Notes under the pieces: generated by a model
What the model was told of the DNA's origin: nothing
Database searches by the model: none
The model's input: only the letters and a program-made list of their open reading frames with translations
NCBI GenBank assembly: GCA_038087875.1
Contig: JAXLNO010000628.1
Span: 62,001-117,820 of the forward strand
Source: Malacoraja senta
Lineage: Eukaryota
Length of the DNA: 55,820 nt
Reading direction: 5' to 3'
Program-made: the position numbers and the translations under genes
Part shown: piece by piece, positions 51,410-55,820 of the stretch
Layout of the letters: every line of letters starts with the position of its first letter
Numbering within the stretch: position 1 is the first letter of the stretch

Positions 51410-51682
51410 TCACACTGTATCCTGATGTTATCACCTCTTCCACAGCCAATAATGGACCATTGTGGGCTCCACCTTTCCTGAGTCATCGGTGCTGGCCCTG
51501 ATTTGTTCTTTACCTTTTCATGCCTCTAGTTCCCCTCTCCCTCTGACTCTCAGTCTGAAGAAGGGTTTGTTCGGAAATGTCACCCATTTCTTTCCTCCAG
51601 AGATGCTGCTTGACCCGCTAAGTTATTCCAGCATTTTGTGTCTATCATCGGTGTGAACCAGCATGTCCAGTTCCTTCCTACA
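51410..51682 (+). mobile_element. Penelope-like element 3' remnant with terminal repeat
   Basis: 3' UTR matches the reverse complement of 27870-27930; CTGAAGAAGGGTTTGTTCGGAAATGTC core and arm. Confidence 0.7.
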
Positions 51683-51699
51683 TAGAGTGTAATTAAGGC

Positions 51700-51975
51700 T
51701 TGTTGATGGGGACTTCGACTTGGAAGAGGGTAATGACCTTGGTTAGCTTATCCTTCCAATGGATTTGGAGGGGTTTATGGAGCCTGCATTGGTGGCATTT
51801 CTCCAGCGCTTTGAGGTGTCTCTTGTAGGTAGTCCATGTCTCAGACATATGTGGAAATGTAAAGATCGCTGTTGCCCAGGAGACACAAGTTTTGTGCAAA
51901 TTTTGATGTGCTGACCTTCAAATACTCTTTTCTGTAGAAGGACGAAGGCTGTGGTTTTGCATTTTGCACTCGTTG
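51700..51975 (-). mobile_element. RTE-clade LINE remnant
   Basis: SETWTTYKRHLKALEKCHQCRLHKPLQIHWKDKLTK resembles the recalled RTE/BovB-like post-RT region. Confidence 0.65.
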
Positions 51976-52740
51976 CATTTATCATGACGTTTTATAACGT
52001 TCACTTTGCTAGCAATAAACTAATCTGAAATAACACTAGCCTGCTATTTCATGTTTCCTTTATTTATTGTTCAATCAGAATTCTCTTTTTCTTTTCTCTC
52101 TCTCTCTCACACACGACCCTTCTTGTTCCTCCCCCCCTCCCTCCCCCACACACAGACACGGCAAAATCTCAAATGCTAAAGAGATCATCTGCTTGACCCC
52201 ATTGGCAATAATCAAAGTGATGAGAGTAAGGTTCCAGTGGAGTAACAGCTTTGCATTGCACCAGTTGTTGAAATTAATATCATCACATCATGATTAGTCA
52301 ATGCTAGAGCTAATTAAGGCATGGCTTACATTTGCTATTGTTGGTGTATTTAGTTTGAACAATAACTTACAGACAAGGTTCTCCGAGCAATTGTCTGCCA
52401 TTCAGGTTCACACAAGAAACTCAGGGAAAGAGTGAGACGCTGGGATGTGATAAGGCTCATTTATTTTATGGTATTCATCAGCAGTTTCTTTTTGCTTAAA
52501 AGCTAACAATAGAATCCACTGATTTGGATCAGTGTCATATCAGAACTTAAATGTGAAATTCTGAAGGTGAATGAATGGCTGAAGGGCAGTCTGCCCATTT
52601 GGTATCAAATAATTATACTGAAGCCAAATTAATTATGTTATCCATCTTTAACTTGTTTCATCATGTCATGCAGAAATATATGTGTTGGTTTACTGATATA
52701 TTTTTGCAAAGAGCATAGAAAATACAAAATCTTGTCAGAC

Positions 52741-52931
52741 AGACACAAAATGCTGGAGTAACACAGGAATGTGTGCTGTTTCGGGTCAAGACCCTTCCTC
52801 AGTCTGAAGATGGGTCTCGACCTGAAACGTCACCCATTCCTGTTCTCCAGAGATGCTGCCTGTCCCGCTGAGTTAATCCAGCATTTTGTGTCTATCTTTG
52901 GTTTAAACCAGCATCTGCAGTTCCTTCCTAG
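52741..52931. repeat. Penelope-derived fold-back element with the best-preserved hammerhead-like core
   Basis: CTGAAGA-T-GGGTCTCGACCT-GAAACGTC at 52804-52831; AGACACAAAATGCTGGA / TCCAGCATTTTGTGTCT arms. Confidence 0.8.
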
Positions 52932-53451
52932 ACACTAAATTTTGATAAACACCCTACTCAAGAAGGGGAGAGAAAACTGAAGTTTACAATATGACCTATT
53001 CTTGTTGAATATATAACTTGCTGCATGTTCATATGCAATCACTTCTCATTGACATGGATAAGATGGTTAGAAAATTAGGCTACAAGTTTTACAGCATGAT
53101 ATCAATTTTGTTTACACCTACCAATAAAACCTTTCGAACATCAAAATTAGATAATCCAATGTTCATACCACTGGCTTGTAAGCTACCCAAGCAAAATATA
53201 AGGTGCTGTTCCTCCAATTTGCATAAACATTGAACTGATCAGTCAGCGTCTGTGGGAGGAGAAACAGAGCTAATCGTTCAGGTGAAAGATCCTTCATCTG
53301 TTCCAAGTATTCCCAGCATTTTCTGTGTTTTTCTCGCTGCTGTATGTCTGTGCTTTTCTCATTACAGACGTACAGCAGCATTTGATTTAAATTATGAAGT
53401 GTTGACGTTTTTTTGGGAGTCAGGTGTGCAACAAATCTTTAAGCTATTTAG

Positions 53452-53652
53452 GAGGCCAAGTCACTGGATGGATTTAAGAGAGAGTTAGATAGAGCTCTAG
53501 GGGCTAGTGGAATCAAGGGATATGCGGAGAAGGCAGGCACGGGTTATTGATTTGGGGACGATCAACCATGATCACAATGAATGACGGTGCTGGCTCGAAG
53601 GGCTGAATGACCTCCTCCTGCACCTATTTTTTTATGTTTCTATGTTTCTATA
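53452..53652 (+). mobile_element. CR1-type LINE 3' end
   Basis: Similar to 27430-27625; (TATGTTTC)n tail. Confidence 0.85.
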
Positions 53653-54743
53653 TAGGATGTGCTATTAGGTTCTTTTGAATTAGCTGTGATTATATTAGAG
53701 ATTGCCCAATGAAATATAATGCAAACATTTTTTATAAAATTCAGTTTGTAAAAGCATTCATCTTAATTTTATCTCGAGTACATTAGTTTTTCATCCAGTG
53801 ATTTTTTTTCCTGCTATTTGTATAAGATCCTTTAAGAAGACCGGTGGTGTATGCCTGAGAAATCAAATCAGTCACAACAGTGATCACGATCACTGCATGA
53901 TTATGGGATTAACGATCACGGACATTGTTAATCCCATAACTCCTGTAACGTTGAATAACACAGATATTTATGGCAATACTTTTCCTGCTTCAGACAACTT
54001 AAAAAATGAAGCACCATCACCCTCCCTAATTCCATTATTTTTCTGCAAAAGTAGATTATAAAAATCCATAAATAGAATGATAACAGGGTATAACTTTAAA
54101 TACCAGCTACTGCACAGTTACTTAATACATTATAAAAACCATTAAAGCCTACCTTAGCTTGAAGCAATATTCTGCAGCTAACACTTTTTATATCATTTAA
54201 TATCTTACATCAATCTACAAGGCCTCTTCTCATTTATCATTCAAAGCTAAAGAGCCCATTAATGTTCCAAGTTCAGTTCTCTGCCACTGTGGATTAACCT
54301 CTTGTTATGTTTTTGCATTGACATTGGCATTGTCAGGCTGGTGGGAGAAACATTCAATGATGCACAAAGGTTGATACAAAAGCTATTCACTCTCATATGC
54401 CCTGGAGAGCTGTTAAGGTTCAGCCGCTAAGTTGATTCAGAACTAGGGTCAACAGATTCTGGGATATTCAGGCATTAAGGGATATAGAAATAGTGCAGGA
54501 GATGGATTTGAACTAAATGATCACCCATGATCTTGATGAAAAGTACAGCATGCTTGAATGATCATATGGCTTACTCCCGCTCTTACTTCTTCAGTGAGAA
54601 ATATTCTTCTTTCATCGATATTAAATGGAAATAATTATAACTGTTAATTTGCAGATTTCCTAGTCCAGATCTTAGGCTAACTTTTCTTATTCCATTTTTT
54701 ACTTTTGTTAATATAATTGTATTGTTGATACAATTTTGTTGAT

Positions 54744-54995
54744 ATGAGGAATTCCTTTAATCAGAGGGATGTGAATCTGTAGAATTCATTGCCACAGATA
54801 GCTGTGGAGGCCAAGACAATGGATATTTGGCCTCCACAGCCAGAGTTCACAGAATCTTGATTAGGAAGGGTCAGGGGTTGTGAGAGGAAGGCTGGAGAAT
54901 GGGGTTGGAAGGGAAAAGTAGATCAGCCATGATTGAATGGTAGACTAGACATGATGGGCTGAATGGCCTAATTCCACTGCTGTAATTTATGGACA
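54744..54995 (+). mobile_element. CR1-type LINE 3' end
   Basis: Similar to 55525-55750. Confidence 0.75.
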
Positions 54996-55227
54996 TGATT
55001 TACTGAGTTAGAACTCCTTTGAAAATACCTCCCAATCTCTGTTGTGCTCCAGCACTGGGCAGCTGCCTGCATTTCACGGCCAGCATTTTGCAAATCACAT
55101 TCCTCTTCTTACCACATGTAAATAGCACCTGTTTCCAGGCAACTGATTGTTGTCGACCATTAAAGTTTGTTACGGCTGTTTGTCATATTTGTGGTAAAAT
55201 CTTCTGCCACATAATATCCGGGATGTC

Positions 55228-55768
55228 GGGCCCATATATCCGAGGATGGATGGGGTGGCATTGGAAGAGGTCAAGAGGACATTGACAAGACTGATCCCGG
55301 AGATAATGGATGAACTTATCATGAGCATTTGACGGCTCTGGGTCTGTACTCGCTGGAGTTTAGAAGGATAAGGGGGGGATGGGGGGGGGGGGGGGGGGGG
55401 GGGGATCTCATTGAAACCTACCAAATAATGAAAGGACTAGATGGAGAGGATGTTTCCATTAGTTGGAGAGTCTAGGATCAGAGGGCACGGCCTCAGAATA
55501 AAAGGACGTACCTTTAGAAAGGAAATGAGGAAGAATTTCTTGGTGGTGAATTGGAGGAATTCATTGCCACATATTGCTGTGGAGGCTAAGTCAATGAGTA
55601 TTTTTAAAGTGGAGATTGATAGGTTCTTGATGTCAAAGGTTGTGGGGAGAAGGCAGGAGAATAATGGTTGAGAGGGAAAGATAGGTCAGCCATGATTGAA
55701 TGGCGGAGTGGACTCAATGGGCTGCGGTCTAATTTTGTTCCTATGTCTCATGATTCATGAACTTATGA
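55228..55768 (+). mobile_element. CR1-type LINE 3' fragment with expanded G-run (55373-55404)
   Basis: LGLYSLEFRR..ERMFPLVGESRIRGHGLRIKGRTFRKEMRKNF. Confidence 0.85.
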
Positions 55769-55820
55769 TATTGTGCTCTTGAATCAATGTCCAGGGGCGC
55801 ATCTGCTAATCTGTCATTAC

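Noticed and set aside
55373..55404. Poly-G run as a functional G-quadruplex
   Set aside because: Expansion of the short G-run in the CR1 RGDL codons; length may be a sequencing artefact.

Overview
Repeat-dense eukaryotic DNA, most likely from a cartilaginous fish (skate/ray-like repeat set: tRNA-derived V-SINE/HE1-type SINEs, many CR1/HER1-type LINE tails, Penelope-derived hairpin repeats). The taxon is inferred from recalled repeat families only. No intact host protein-coding gene was recognised; the long ORFs are retroelement remnants or low-complexity artefacts. Main observations: (1) a complete non-autonomous Helitron (16567-17851, minus) that appears to have captured the 3' part of exon 1 of an HTRA2/Omi-like gene with its splice donor; (2) a 5'-truncated L1-clade LINE flanked by a ~975-bp, ~99%-identical direct duplication ending at a canonical TTTT/AA site, with a CR1 nested inside; (3) about 16 Penelope-derived repeats carrying a minimal hammerhead-ribozyme-like core; (4) PIF/Harbinger-type MITEs with TAA/TTA target duplications, including a MITE inside a MITE; (5) a MITE-CR1-Helitron-L1 chimera; (6) a 15-bp minisatellite at a Penelope GIY-YIG junction; (7) a double palindrome in unique DNA. 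All homology calls are by eye and from memory; no searches were run.
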